Positions 26,355 through 35,358 of a stretch of DNA of 49,584 nt are shown here, in pieces. Within the stretch, counting starts at the first letter, position 1. Every line of letters starts with the position of its first letter. Origin of the DNA: Crocinitomicaceae bacterium (GTDB lineage Bacteria; Bacteroidota; Bacteroidia; Flavobacteriales_D; Crocinitomicaceae); the NCBI GenBank assembly GCA_041596895.1, contig JBFHHS010000001.1:1-49584 (forward strand), in the 5' to 3' direction. The position numbers and the translations under genes are program-made. The notes under the pieces were generated by a model, which was given only the letters and a program-made list of their open reading frames with translations, had not been told where the DNA came from and did no database searches.

Positions 26355-28544
26355 ATGGCAATAATTGGAAAAATTAGAGATAAATCGTGGTTAATCTTAA
26401 TCATCGTTGGTGGTGCATTAGTAGCATTTATCCTAGGTGATTACCAAAAAGGTTCAACAGGAACAGAGTCTAAGTATGGTTACGGAACCGTTTATGGCGA
26501 GAAAGTGAACATGGAAGACTTTAATGAAGCAGTGAATATTGCTGATGAAAATGCACGTAGACAAGCTCAACAACAACAACAAGCTCCTCAACCTGTGGAT
26601 AAAGCAGCGGTGTGGACTTCTTTTGTGGATAATTTATTGTTAGAGAGAGAATATGAAGCGTTAGGATTAAGTGTTTCTGATGATGAATTTGATGCTTATT
26701 TATATGGTAGAGAAGGATTTGATGTAATTCCTGAATTAGCTCAAGGGTTTACAGATTCACTTACTGGAATGTTTAACGAAAAATTACTTCAAGCACGTAT
26801 TGAAGAAATGGAGTCTTCTAATGATCCAGAAATTCAAAAGCAATGGACGGATTCTAAAGACTATTATATCAATAGAAGAAAACAAGAAAAGTACTTCGCA
26901 ATTTTAAATCAAGGGGTCTATGTTACAGACCTAGAAGCGAAAAATGAATATGTTGCTCAAAAGGAAATTAAAAGTATTTCTTATGTAGTTGAACGTTTCA
27001 ATTCAATTAAAGATGCGGACATTGATGCTTCAGATGCAAAAGTGAAAGCTTACTTTGAAGCAAACAAAACAGATAAGAAATACGAAAACAAGCAGTCTTC
27101 AAGAGAGGTGAAGTTCTTCGATGTTACTATCGAGCCTTCGAAAGAAGATGTGAAACGTTTTGAAGATGAATTAGCCAAATTAGAAAGCGGTTTAAGATCT
27201 GCAAAAAACGATTCTTTGTATGTGATTAAGAATTCAGAAGTGAAGTTTTTCTCTTCTGTAGCTACTTTCAAATCAGATAAAGATGAGAAAGCAAGAAATG
27301 GAATGACTTATCCAGATTATATGGATACTGTAATTAAAGCAGCTTCTGTTGGTGATGTTGTTGGTCCATTTGAACATAACGGTTCTATGAAAATTGCTAA
27401 GGTGATCGGATTTAACGGGAATCTTTTAAGTGCGCGTCATATCTTAATTGGGGCTCAAAGAACTGACGCTGATGCAGTAGCTAAAGCGAAAAGAAAGGTT
27501 GATTCAATCATGCCTTTGTTGACTCAAGCAAACTTTGAAGAATTTGTAACGAAGTTTTCAGATGATCCAGGTTCAAAAAACACAGGTGGTAAATACGAGG
27601 ACTTTATGGACTATGAAATGGTTCCTGAGTTTAGTAAGTTCGCTACGGATGAGCCTATAGGTAAAATTGGGTATGTACAAACTGATTTCGGATTCCATAT
27701 CATGGAAACATTAGACCGAAAGCCTGCAAAAGAACCTGTTTTAGCAATCATTCAAAAAACGCTTAAACCAAGCTTAGAAACAATTGATATTAAAGAGCAA
27801 GAGGTTTACGACTTACTTTACAAGTTAGATGAAAAATTAGGAGCTCAAAAAGACATAGCGAAGAAAGTTGAATTGTTTGATACAATCGTTTCAAAAGCTG
27901 GATATATTTCTAGACCAATTAACATTCAGGAAAACAGTCCAAAAATTTATGGATTCACATCGAAGTTTGCAGAGGATAAAATCCTTCAGTTAGCTTTTGA
28001 TGCAGATGCTAAAGTTGGTGACTTAGTAAGTGCGCCTATCAAGGACAAAGAAAGATATGTAATAGCAGTGCTATCTTCAATTAAGAATAAAGGAGAAGTA
28101 AATTACAACGATGTTAAGTTAGCAGTGAAAAAAGATTTCATTCAAGCGGAAAAAGCAAAACGTATTTCTGCACGTATGATGAATACAAAATCTTTGTCAA
28201 CGTTAGCGCAATCATTGAAAGGTGCTTCAGTTCAAAAAGCAGAAGTTACTTTTGGAAACCCACAAATTACTGGTGCAGGTTATGAGCCTGAAATCGTTGG
28301 TGCTCTTTTCTCAGGATTGAAAGACGGACAAATTACGGTTCCATTAGTAGGTAAAAATGGTGTTTATGTTGCTCAAGTTGAGAAAACAGTAAAAGCTCCA
28401 GAAGCAGCGAATTATTTAGTTGAAAAGAATCAATTGTTAAGTGCAGCACGTAACAACATTCAAGGTGCTACAAGAAAAGCATTGGTGAAACAAGCTGACG
28501 TAGTAGACAACAGAAGATTCTTTGAAAACAACGTAAGAAGATAA
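26355..28544 (+). CDS. PpiD-like periplasmic peptidylprolyl isomerase/chaperone (SurA-N-like domain plus parvulin domain)
   Basis: N-terminal MAIIGKIRDKSWLILIIVGGALVAFILGD gives a single TM anchor. The parvulin block is SARHILI...GGKYEDFMDYEMVPEF...QTDFGFHIME. 729 aa. Confidence 0.85.
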   Translation: MAIIGKIRDKSWLILIIVGGALVAFILGDYQKGSTGTESKYGYGTVYGEKVNMEDFNEAVNIADENARRQAQQQQQAPQPVDKAAVWTSFVDNLLLEREYEALGLSVSDDEFDAYLYGREGFDVIPELAQGFTDSLTGMFNEKLLQARIEEMESSNDPEIQKQWTDSKDYYINRRKQEKYFAILNQGVYVTDLEAKNEYVAQKEIKSISYVVERFNSIKDADIDASDAKVKAYFEANKTDKKYENKQSSREVKFFDVTIEPSKEDVKRFEDELAKLESGLRSAKNDSLYVIKNSEVKFFSSVATFKSDKDEKARNGMTYPDYMDTVIKAASVGDVVGPFEHNGSMKIAKVIGFNGNLLSARHILIGAQRTDADAVAKAKRKVDSIMPLLTQANFEEFVTKFSDDPGSKNTGGKYEDFMDYEMVPEFSKFATDEPIGKIGYVQTDFGFHIMETLDRKPAKEPVLAIIQKTLKPSLETIDIKEQEVYDLLYKLDEKLGAQKDIAKKVELFDTIVSKAGYISRPINIQENSPKIYGFTSKFAEDKILQLAFDADAKVGDLVSAPIKDKERYVIAVLSSIKNKGEVNYNDVKLAVKKDFIQAEKAKRISARMMNTKSLSTLAQSLKGASVQKAEVTFGNPQITGAGYEPEIVGALFSGLKDGQITVPLVGKNGVYVAQVEKTVKAPEAANYLVEKNQLLSAARNNIQGATRKALVKQADVVDNRRFFENNVRR

Positions 28545-28574
28545 GATTAGAATCTAAATAAGAATTTGATTAAA

Positions 28575-28600
28575 AAGGCTTCCCTCGGGAAGCCTTTTTT
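28575..28600. terminator. Bidirectional terminator between ppiD-like and dprA
   Basis: AAAAAGGCTTCCC-TC-GGGAAGCCTTTTTT is a GC-rich palindrome flanked by an A-run and a T-run, so it can act on both strands. Confidence 0.85.
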
Positions 28601-29720
28601 ATATCATGGAATATCGGTTCCCTGGGTGCGATTTAATCAATCCATCCATTTCTAATCCAAATAATTCGGTATTTAATTCTGATATTGGAAGTGCGGTTTC
28701 CATCGAGATTTTATCTATCTGGATCAAACGATGTTTTAGTAATGATGAAACAATCGCTTTTTGGTTTTCACTTAATGTTTTGAAAATTGATTGCTGATTT
28801 TCTTCTTTTATTTCAGACGGATGCCAATTCATTAGATTAAGAAAATCAGATGGGTCTTGCATCAAATGTGCCTTTTGATCATAAATGAGTTTATTGCAAC
28901 CTTGAGATGCTTCTTTGTGAATTGATCCAGGAAATGCAAAAACATCCCGATTATAATCATTTGCAAGGTTTGCCGTAATTAAAGAGCCTCCTTTGAGCTT
29001 ACTTTCTATTACTATTGTTGCATCTGCTAATCCAGCTACGATTCTATTTCGTTTTGGGAAGTTCTCGCGATCAGGAATGGTTCCTGGAATAAATTCGGTC
29101 ATAATACCACCGTTCGCTTGCATACGTTCGGCTAAGGCTTTGTTTCGAGATGGGTATACACGATCTATGCCGTGACCCAATACACCTATAGTTGGAATAC
29201 CATACTCTATACAGTATCGATGAACAAGTGTGTCGATTCCAAGCGCTAAGCCACTTATTACAGTAATTTGTTGACCTTGAAATGATTGTATTAGTGAACG
29301 AACTATTTGGTCGCCATATTCTGTACAGTCCCTTGTTCCAACTATTGCAACGACCTTTTCTGTATTTAATTCAATGGCTCCTTTGGAATAATAAATTAAT
29401 GGCGAGTCAATACAATTTCTAAGGCGTTCTGGGTAGTTATCGTCAGTATAAAACGTACAATTAATCTGATTTTTCACAAAATAATCGTGGGGCTTTTGAG
29501 CTTTTTCTAAGGCCTCCTTTCGCTTTAAACTTTTTACTTGTGTAATTGTAAGGTCTGTTTTTGTGGCCAAATCCTTATCGGATAAAAGAAATAATTCTTC
29601 CAATGAATCTAAGCTGAGCATAAGCTCCTTGGCGCGTATAGGGCCAGTTCTATGAAGCATAGTTAGACCTATTTGGTAGTGTAGGTGGTTGTAATTCAAA
29701 ATAATTGGTATTTTAGGCAA
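28599..29720 (-). CDS. dprA: DNA-processing protein DprA (Smf)
   Basis: The Rossmann-like DprA core is VAIVGTRDCTEYG...VISGLALGIDTLVHR...TIGVLGHGIDRVYP..N..LA. The C-terminal winged-helix-like tail is present. N-terminal LHYQIGLTMLHRTGPIRAKEL argues for the long start. Confidence 0.9.
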   Translation of the reverse strand: MPKIPIILNYNHLHYQIGLTMLHRTGPIRAKELMLSLDSLEELFLLSDKDLATKTDLTITQVKSLKRKEALEKAQKPHDYFVKNQINCTFYTDDNYPERLRNCIDSPLIYYSKGAIELNTEKVVAIVGTRDCTEYGDQIVRSLIQSFQGQQITVISGLALGIDTLVHRYCIEYGIPTIGVLGHGIDRVYPSRNKALAERMQANGGIMTEFIPGTIPDRENFPKRNRIVAGLADATIVIESKLKGGSLITANLANDYNRDVFAFPGSIHKEASQGCNKLIYDQKAHLMQDPSDFLNLMNWHPSEIKEENQQSIFKTLSENQKAIVSSLLKHRLIQIDKISMETALPISELNTELFGLEMDGLIKSHPGNRYSMI

Positions 29721-29744
29721 CTTGAATTTAAGAAAAAAAAGGAT

Positions 29745-32099
29745 ATGAAAAACGTACTACTACTACTTACCTTCATTCCAATCTACCTGTTTTCTCAGGT
29801 ATCCGGAACCGTGATTGATAAGGACTCTAAAGAACCGATTATTGGTGCTAAAATAATTGCTTCTACGGGTGAAAAAGTGTTAAGCGACATAGATGGTAGG
29901 TTTATAATGAACCCGAGAGAATATCCAACTACACTTATTATTTCTGCACAAACATTTTTAACAGATACTGTTTTAATTGAAAAAGCAGGTGACTATGTAT
30001 TTCGAATGCAAGAGCCTATCCAAGTGATTAAAACCGTGGTGGTTTCAGCTGGAAGAAGAGATCAAGATATTGAAGATGTTTCAATTTCTATGGAAATATT
30101 AAAGCCAGAATTAATTGATAATAAAGGTTTGGTTGATTTAGAACAGGCGGTGGATCAAAGTCCCGGCGTTTATGCAATGGATGGTCAAGTGAGTATTCGT
30201 GGTGGTTCAGGTTTTGCTTATGGAGCGGGAAGTAGAGTCCTGTTATTGTGGAATGGAATACCAATTATTAGTGGAGATGCGGGAGATGTTAAATGGAACA
30301 CTGTTCCAATCGAGAATGCTTCTCAAATTGAAGTGATAAAAGGGGCTTCTTCGGTTCTTTATGGTTCTGGTGCTTTAAACGGTATTATTTCATTGACAGA
30401 GAGGGAGCCAAGTACTAAAGGGGAACTTCGCGCGAAAGTACAGGCTGGAATTTACGATAACCCGAAACGAGCAACGTTGAAATGGTGGTCATCTAATCCT
30501 ATGTTTTATCAAGGAGAAGTGTTTTACGGGAAAATGTATAAAAAGTTTGGATATACAATTTCTGTCAATGGGTTCACCAATGAAGGTTTTAAACAAGGTG
30601 AAACCGAAGATCGTGGACGTGTTTCTGGTTCTTTGTTCTTCCGACCGGAGAAAATAAAGAAAATGAAAATTGGTGTGGGATATAATGTTCAATATCAAAA
30701 AACAGGAAACTTTATTATTTGGCAGAGTGATACTTTTGCATACACTCCAAGTGGTGGTGCCGACACAAGTGATCCAGCATCAACCTTAACTTACAATAGC
30801 GGAGTAACAGCGAGCATTGACCCTTATTTAAAAGTCTACGATAAATACAATAACCTACATTCTGTAAAAACAAGGTATTATTTTGTTGATAGAACCAACT
30901 TGACGAATGCTTCACAATCTACATCATCAGGGGTATTGTACGGTGATTATCAATTTCAACGTAAATGGAGTAGAGGAACGGTATTAACTGCAGGATTGAC
31001 TGGGTTAAGAACTGATGTAAAATCAAATCTATTTGGAGATCACTACTCGAATAACTATGCTGTTTATACCCAGTTTGAACGTAGATTTAAAAAGTTAGAT
31101 ATTACTGGTGGACTTCGATTAGAGTACTTTGAACAAGACAATATGCGTGGCGATTCTGATTTCTATTTCGGTAACGATACAAGTAGTATGACTAAGTTGC
31201 CGATTTATCCAATTCTTCGTCTTGGAGCACATTATGAGTTATTTAAATTTACACACATAAGAGCATCATTTGGCCAAGGGATTAGATACCCTTCAGTTGC
31301 TGAGCGTTATACTACAACTTCGGTTGGGGCACTTAACATTTTTCCAAATCAGAACTTACGCCCGGAAACAGGTTGGGCAGCAGAATTGGGTATAAAACAG
31401 GTAGTGAAAATTGGAAAAAATTGGAAAGGTATCATTGATGTTGCCGGTTTTATAAATCAGTATGATAATATGATGGAGTTTACGTTTGGGGTTTATCTTC
31501 CTGAAGGAATTACCGTTTCAATTGATCCTGAAGCGCCAAACTATTTTGGCAATTACGTAGGTTTCCAAGCTCAAAATGCAGAGAAAGCCAGAATTACAGG
31601 TGCAGAATTTTCATTTAATAGTCAAGGTAAAATTGGTGAAGTTGAGTTAACGTCATTAATTGGGTATACTTATATGAATCCGATTAGTTTGAATAAAGAT
31701 TCGGCATATGTGGCCACATTTTCTGATTCAAATACAAACATATTGAAGTATAGGTTTAATCACCTTGCTAAAGCCGATGTTGAAGCAACTTGGAAAGGCA
31801 TTAGTGTTGGAGTTTCAGCACGCTACAATAGTTACATGTCTAATGTTGATAGAACTTTCGTTGAAGGAATTGAAGTATATGGATTGGAAACCATTCAAAT
31901 TTTACCTGGATTAAAACAATACCGTGAGAAGAACAATAAAGGTAGCGTTGTATTCGACGCTAGAATTGGATATGAATTTATGGAACATTATCGTGTTGGA
32001 TTCGTAGTAAGTAATCTGTTAAATGAAGAATATGTTGGTCGCCCTGGTGATATTCAGGCTCCAAGAACATTCTTGTTACAATTACAACTAAAGTTCTAA
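29745..32099 (+). CDS. TonB-dependent receptor with N-terminal carboxypeptidase-regulatory-like domain
   Basis: The start is chosen at MKNVLLLLTFIPIYLFSQ. It has VSGTVIDKDSKEPIIGAKIIAS (CarboxypepD_reg) and a plug (VSIRGGSG...RVLLLWNGIPI). A long barrel ends ...FLLQLQLKF. Confidence 0.85.
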   Translation: MKNVLLLLTFIPIYLFSQVSGTVIDKDSKEPIIGAKIIASTGEKVLSDIDGRFIMNPREYPTTLIISAQTFLTDTVLIEKAGDYVFRMQEPIQVIKTVVVSAGRRDQDIEDVSISMEILKPELIDNKGLVDLEQAVDQSPGVYAMDGQVSIRGGSGFAYGAGSRVLLLWNGIPIISGDAGDVKWNTVPIENASQIEVIKGASSVLYGSGALNGIISLTEREPSTKGELRAKVQAGIYDNPKRATLKWWSSNPMFYQGEVFYGKMYKKFGYTISVNGFTNEGFKQGETEDRGRVSGSLFFRPEKIKKMKIGVGYNVQYQKTGNFIIWQSDTFAYTPSGGADTSDPASTLTYNSGVTASIDPYLKVYDKYNNLHSVKTRYYFVDRTNLTNASQSTSSGVLYGDYQFQRKWSRGTVLTAGLTGLRTDVKSNLFGDHYSNNYAVYTQFERRFKKLDITGGLRLEYFEQDNMRGDSDFYFGNDTSSMTKLPIYPILRLGAHYELFKFTHIRASFGQGIRYPSVAERYTTTSVGALNIFPNQNLRPETGWAAELGIKQVVKIGKNWKGIIDVAGFINQYDNMMEFTFGVYLPEGITVSIDPEAPNYFGNYVGFQAQNAEKARITGAEFSFNSQGKIGEVELTSLIGYTYMNPISLNKDSAYVATFSDSNTNILKYRFNHLAKADVEATWKGISVGVSARYNSYMSNVDRTFVEGIEVYGLETIQILPGLKQYREKNNKGSVVFDARIGYEFMEHYRVGFVVSNLLNEEYVGRPGDIQAPRTFLLQLQLKF

Positions 32100-32827
32100 T
32101 GAAAATAATTGGTGTTATTCCCGCGCGCTATGCGTCTTCTCGATTTCCAGGAAAACCATTGATAGACTTAAAAGGCAAGTCTATGATCCAAAGGGTATAC
32201 GAAGGTGCTGTGAAGTCAGAAATGTTAAGTGAGGTAATTGTCGCTACAGATGACCAACGAATTTATGACGAAGTCAATCGTTTTGGCGGAAAGGTTCAAA
32301 TGACATCAGAAAATCATACAACTGGTACGGACCGTTGTGGTGAGGTTGCAGACAACATCAATGCAGACATCATTATCAATATCCAAGGAGATGAGCCTTT
32401 AGTTGATTACAGACAATTGGATCAACTGTGCGCTGCGTTTGAAGATGAAACTGTTGGAATTGCGACCTTGGGAATTAAAGGAGTTTCGGCTGAAGAACAA
32501 AACAATTCGAATAGAATAAAAATCGTTTTGGATAAGCAAAATAATGCACTCTACTTTTCTCGAAGCCCAATCCCAAACACGGCTAATGCAAACCTTGATG
32601 CGGTCAATCAATTTGATTTTTACCGTCATATAGGTCTTTACGCATACCGCAAAGAAACATTGATGGAGTTGGTGAATCTTGAGAAAACCCTTTTAGAACA
32701 AGTAGAGTCGTTGGAGCAATTGAGATGGTTGTATAACGGATACGGTATTCGCGTGGTAGAAACAACGATTGAAACGCCAAATATTGATGTACCCGAAGAT
32801 ATAGAAAAGGTCTTAAGGGCGCTTTAG
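32099..32827 (+). CDS. kdsB: 3-deoxy-manno-octulosonate cytidylyltransferase (CMP-KDO synthetase)
   Basis: IIGVIPARYASSRFPGKPL, TGTDRCGEV, INIQGDEPL and HIGLYAYR blocks are present. A TAATG overlap links it to the receptor gene. Confidence 0.92.
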   Translation: MKIIGVIPARYASSRFPGKPLIDLKGKSMIQRVYEGAVKSEMLSEVIVATDDQRIYDEVNRFGGKVQMTSENHTTGTDRCGEVADNINADIIINIQGDEPLVDYRQLDQLCAAFEDETVGIATLGIKGVSAEEQNNSNRIKIVLDKQNNALYFSRSPIPNTANANLDAVNQFDFYRHIGLYAYRKETLMELVNLEKTLLEQVESLEQLRWLYNGYGIRVVETTIETPNIDVPEDIEKVLRAL

Positions 32828-32860
32828 TTTTACTCATCGTTTTTCCTTAAATTTGTATTA

Positions 32861-34006
32861 ATGACAACTATTGAACATCTTATTGGCGATTTATTGTTGA
32901 GACATAACTGTGTTATCGTGCCTTCTTTTGGAGGGTTCGTAGCAAAGCAAGTTTCTGCAAAAATTGATTATGCTTCAGGAAAAATGCTTCCTCCTAGCAA
33001 GTCCTTGTTGTTCAATAAACAGTTAATCAATAATGATGGACTTCTCATAAACGAATTGTCCTTGGTGAACGGTCTTTCTTTCGATGTTGCTTCTACTGAA
33101 GTAAAAGAAAAGGTAAAAGGGTGGCAAGAAGCATTAAAAAAAGGTCAACGTATCGAGTTAGATCGTGTGGGTTATTTATATGCGGATGAAGAAAAAAACG
33201 TTTGTTTTGAGCAAGATCGTTTTTTCAACTTGTTACTTGAATCTTATGGCTTAGGAAAAGTTCACTTCTTGTCTGAAGAAGATGTTCAAATTGCAGAGCG
33301 AATTACTATTCAGCGCGAATTGGCAAGTTCAATCGTGGTTGAAGAAAAAGCACCACTCAAAAAGGTACAGGAAACGAATAAGGATGAAGTGGAAGAAATT
33401 CCAGTAATAGCACATCCAGTGATTGAAGAAAAGCGCAAATCAAAAGCGTGGAAATATATTGCTGCAGCTTGTTTTTTACCAATTGCGTTCTATTCCATTT
33501 GGATTCCAATGAAAACGGATGTTCTTGAGTCGGGAATGCTCTCTTTTAAAGATTTCAATCCGTTTCATAAAACAGCGAATGCTGAATACAAAAAAGAAGC
33601 AATATCTTTTGATAATGACTCTTCAAAAGAACACAAATCATTAGAAGAAAAAGTAAAAGAACTCCCAAGCGAAGTAGAGGTTTATACGTATAAGTACGAC
33701 GATGAACTGTACATTCCTGTAGCCCTTGAAAAGAAGTCAACACAAGGGGATGTGCCGCAAATCCCTTCAACAAATGAGACTTTTGAAAATGAAGCGATGC
33801 ATTTTGTGGTAGGCTGTTTCGGTGACGAATCAAACGCTGTTAATCTTGTTTCCAAATTAAAGGAAAACGGGATGAATGCGAAGATCATTGATGTACACAA
33901 TGGCTTACATCGTGTGTCAGCTGGGTCAGGTCTTTCTATGGAGGCAATCTTTCAAATCCGTGAACAAGCAAGTGCTTTAGGTTTCACAGGGTGGACCTTA
34001 AAATAG
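32861..34006 (+). CDS. HU-CCDC81-like N-terminal domains plus TM segment plus C-terminal SPOR domain protein
   Basis: LLLRHNCVIVPSFGGFVAKQVSAKIDYASGKMLPPSKSLLFN and VGYLYADEEKNVCFEQD match bacterial HU-CCDC81 modules. The TM segment is WKYIAAACFLPIAFYSIWIP. The C-terminal HFVVGCFGDESNAVNLVSKLKENGMNAKII...HRVSAG is SPOR-like. Confidence 0.75.
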   Translation: MTTIEHLIGDLLLRHNCVIVPSFGGFVAKQVSAKIDYASGKMLPPSKSLLFNKQLINNDGLLINELSLVNGLSFDVASTEVKEKVKGWQEALKKGQRIELDRVGYLYADEEKNVCFEQDRFFNLLLESYGLGKVHFLSEEDVQIAERITIQRELASSIVVEEKAPLKKVQETNKDEVEEIPVIAHPVIEEKRKSKAWKYIAAACFLPIAFYSIWIPMKTDVLESGMLSFKDFNPFHKTANAEYKKEAISFDNDSSKEHKSLEEKVKELPSEVEVYTYKYDDELYIPVALEKKSTQGDVPQIPSTNETFENEAMHFVVGCFGDESNAVNLVSKLKENGMNAKIIDVHNGLHRVSAGSGLSMEAIFQIREQASALGFTGWTLK

Positions 34007-34082
34007 CATAACATTCTTCCTGTTTTTCAGCTTGGTACGTTTTTTAGTATTGTTATCTTTGAGTAACTAAAACAAAAACAAT

Positions 34083-35303
34083 ATGATAAAAAATATAATT
34101 ACCATCGCATTTGTGGGATTTGCATCTTTCGGCTTTGGTCAATTCGGAAATTCTACTCCGGCGTCAAATGCAGAAGGAAGTGAATATAAATTTCAAAAAG
34201 TAGCACATTTAGATGCTACTCCTGTTCAGAGTCAAGGTTATACAGGAACTTGTTGGAGTTTTTCAGCATTATCTTTCTTTGAGTCAGAATTAATGAGACA
34301 AGGTACGGCAGATCCAGCATTATTATCTGAGATGTACATTGTGCGTAAGGCGTATGAAAGTAAAGCCACAAAGTACATTCGTATGGATGGTAAAATTAAC
34401 TTCTCAGAAGGAGGAGCATTTCACGATATTCCTTATGTAATCAGAAATTATGGAATCGTTCCTTTAGAAGTTTATGACGGATTGAACTATGGTTCGGATA
34501 AACATAATCATAGTGAAATGTTTAGTGTTTTAGATGGTGCTGTGCAAGGTCTTTTAGAGCACATGAAGAAGCGTAATGTTAAATCGTTGACTTCTGCATG
34601 GAAAACAGCCTTAAATGGAATATTGGATGCTTATTTAGGTGAAGACATAACGGAATTCGAATTTGAAGGAAAAAAATATACGCCTAAATCTTATGCGGAT
34701 GCAATTGGCTTAGATATGGACGATTATGTTTCGTTGACTTCTTTCACTAATCATGAAATGAATAAAGAATGCATGCTTGCTATTCCGGATAACTGGGCTT
34801 GGGGAAAAAGCTATAACGTTGAGTTGGACGACTTGATGGATGCTTGTGAATATGCGCTTAAAAATGGTTTTTCAATTGCTTGGGGTGCGGATGTTTCTGA
34901 AAAAGGATTTAGTTTTTCAAATGGACTTGCAATTAACCCTATAGATGAAGAAACAATTTCTGTGACTGGAAATGATAATAAGAACTTTTCAGATGCTGGG
35001 GCAAGTAAAACATCCAATGCGTTTAAAACACCAGTAGATGAAGTAAAGGTTACAGCTGAAATTAGACAAGAAGGATACGAAAATAAAACAACTACAGATG
35101 ATCACGGAATGCATATTGTTGGTTTGTATAAGGATCAAAACAATACGCGTTATTTCTTAGTAAAAAACTCTTGGGGAACTGGAAATTACCCTGAGGGATA
35201 TCTTTACGTTTCTGAAAGCTATTTTAAATGGAAAACAATCAATGTGTATCTACATAAAGATGGTTTATCGAAAGCAATGAAAAAACAATTAGAATTGAAG
35301 TAG
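34083..35303 (+). CDS. C1-family cysteine peptidase (aminopeptidase C/bleomycin-hydrolase-like)
   Basis: It has a signal peptide. The active-site Cys context is QSQGYTGTCWSFSALSFFESE. The His/Asn region is DDHGMHIVGLY...FLVKNSWG. Confidence 0.85.
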   Translation: MIKNIITIAFVGFASFGFGQFGNSTPASNAEGSEYKFQKVAHLDATPVQSQGYTGTCWSFSALSFFESELMRQGTADPALLSEMYIVRKAYESKATKYIRMDGKINFSEGGAFHDIPYVIRNYGIVPLEVYDGLNYGSDKHNHSEMFSVLDGAVQGLLEHMKKRNVKSLTSAWKTALNGILDAYLGEDITEFEFEGKKYTPKSYADAIGLDMDDYVSLTSFTNHEMNKECMLAIPDNWAWGKSYNVELDDLMDACEYALKNGFSIAWGADVSEKGFSFSNGLAINPIDEETISVTGNDNKNFSDAGASKTSNAFKTPVDEVKVTAEIRQEGYENKTTTDDHGMHIVGLYKDQNNTRYFLVKNSWGTGNYPEGYLYVSESYFKWKTINVYLHKDGLSKAMKKQLELK

Positions 35304-35320
35304 TACTTTTCAATCAAATT

Positions 35321-35358
35321 AAAAAAAGGGGGAAAACAATTGTTTTCCCCTTTTTGTT
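35321..35358. terminator. Palindromic bidirectional terminator, copy 1 of a repeated element
   Basis: AAAAAAAGGGGGAAAACAATTGTTTTCCCCTTTTTG lies between the convergent C1 peptidase and OmpA-like genes. The core is essentially identical to 37052-37088. Confidence 0.85.

Noticed and set aside
26560-26590. CAA/CAG run encoding QAQQQQQAPQ in the PpiD-like gene, considered as a slippage or phase-variation tract
   Set aside because: The run has only about five or six mixed CAA/CAG-type codons and lies in a linker region. It is too short and impure to argue for phase variation.
29685-29744. Longer start for the TonB-dependent receptor ORF, overlapping the dprA 5' end
   Set aside because: The extension MVVIQNNWYFRQLEFKKKKD is not a signal peptide. 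MKNVLLLLTFIPIYLFSQ at 29745 is one. This leaves only 24 bp between the divergent dprA and receptor starts, so one of the two starts could still be wrong.
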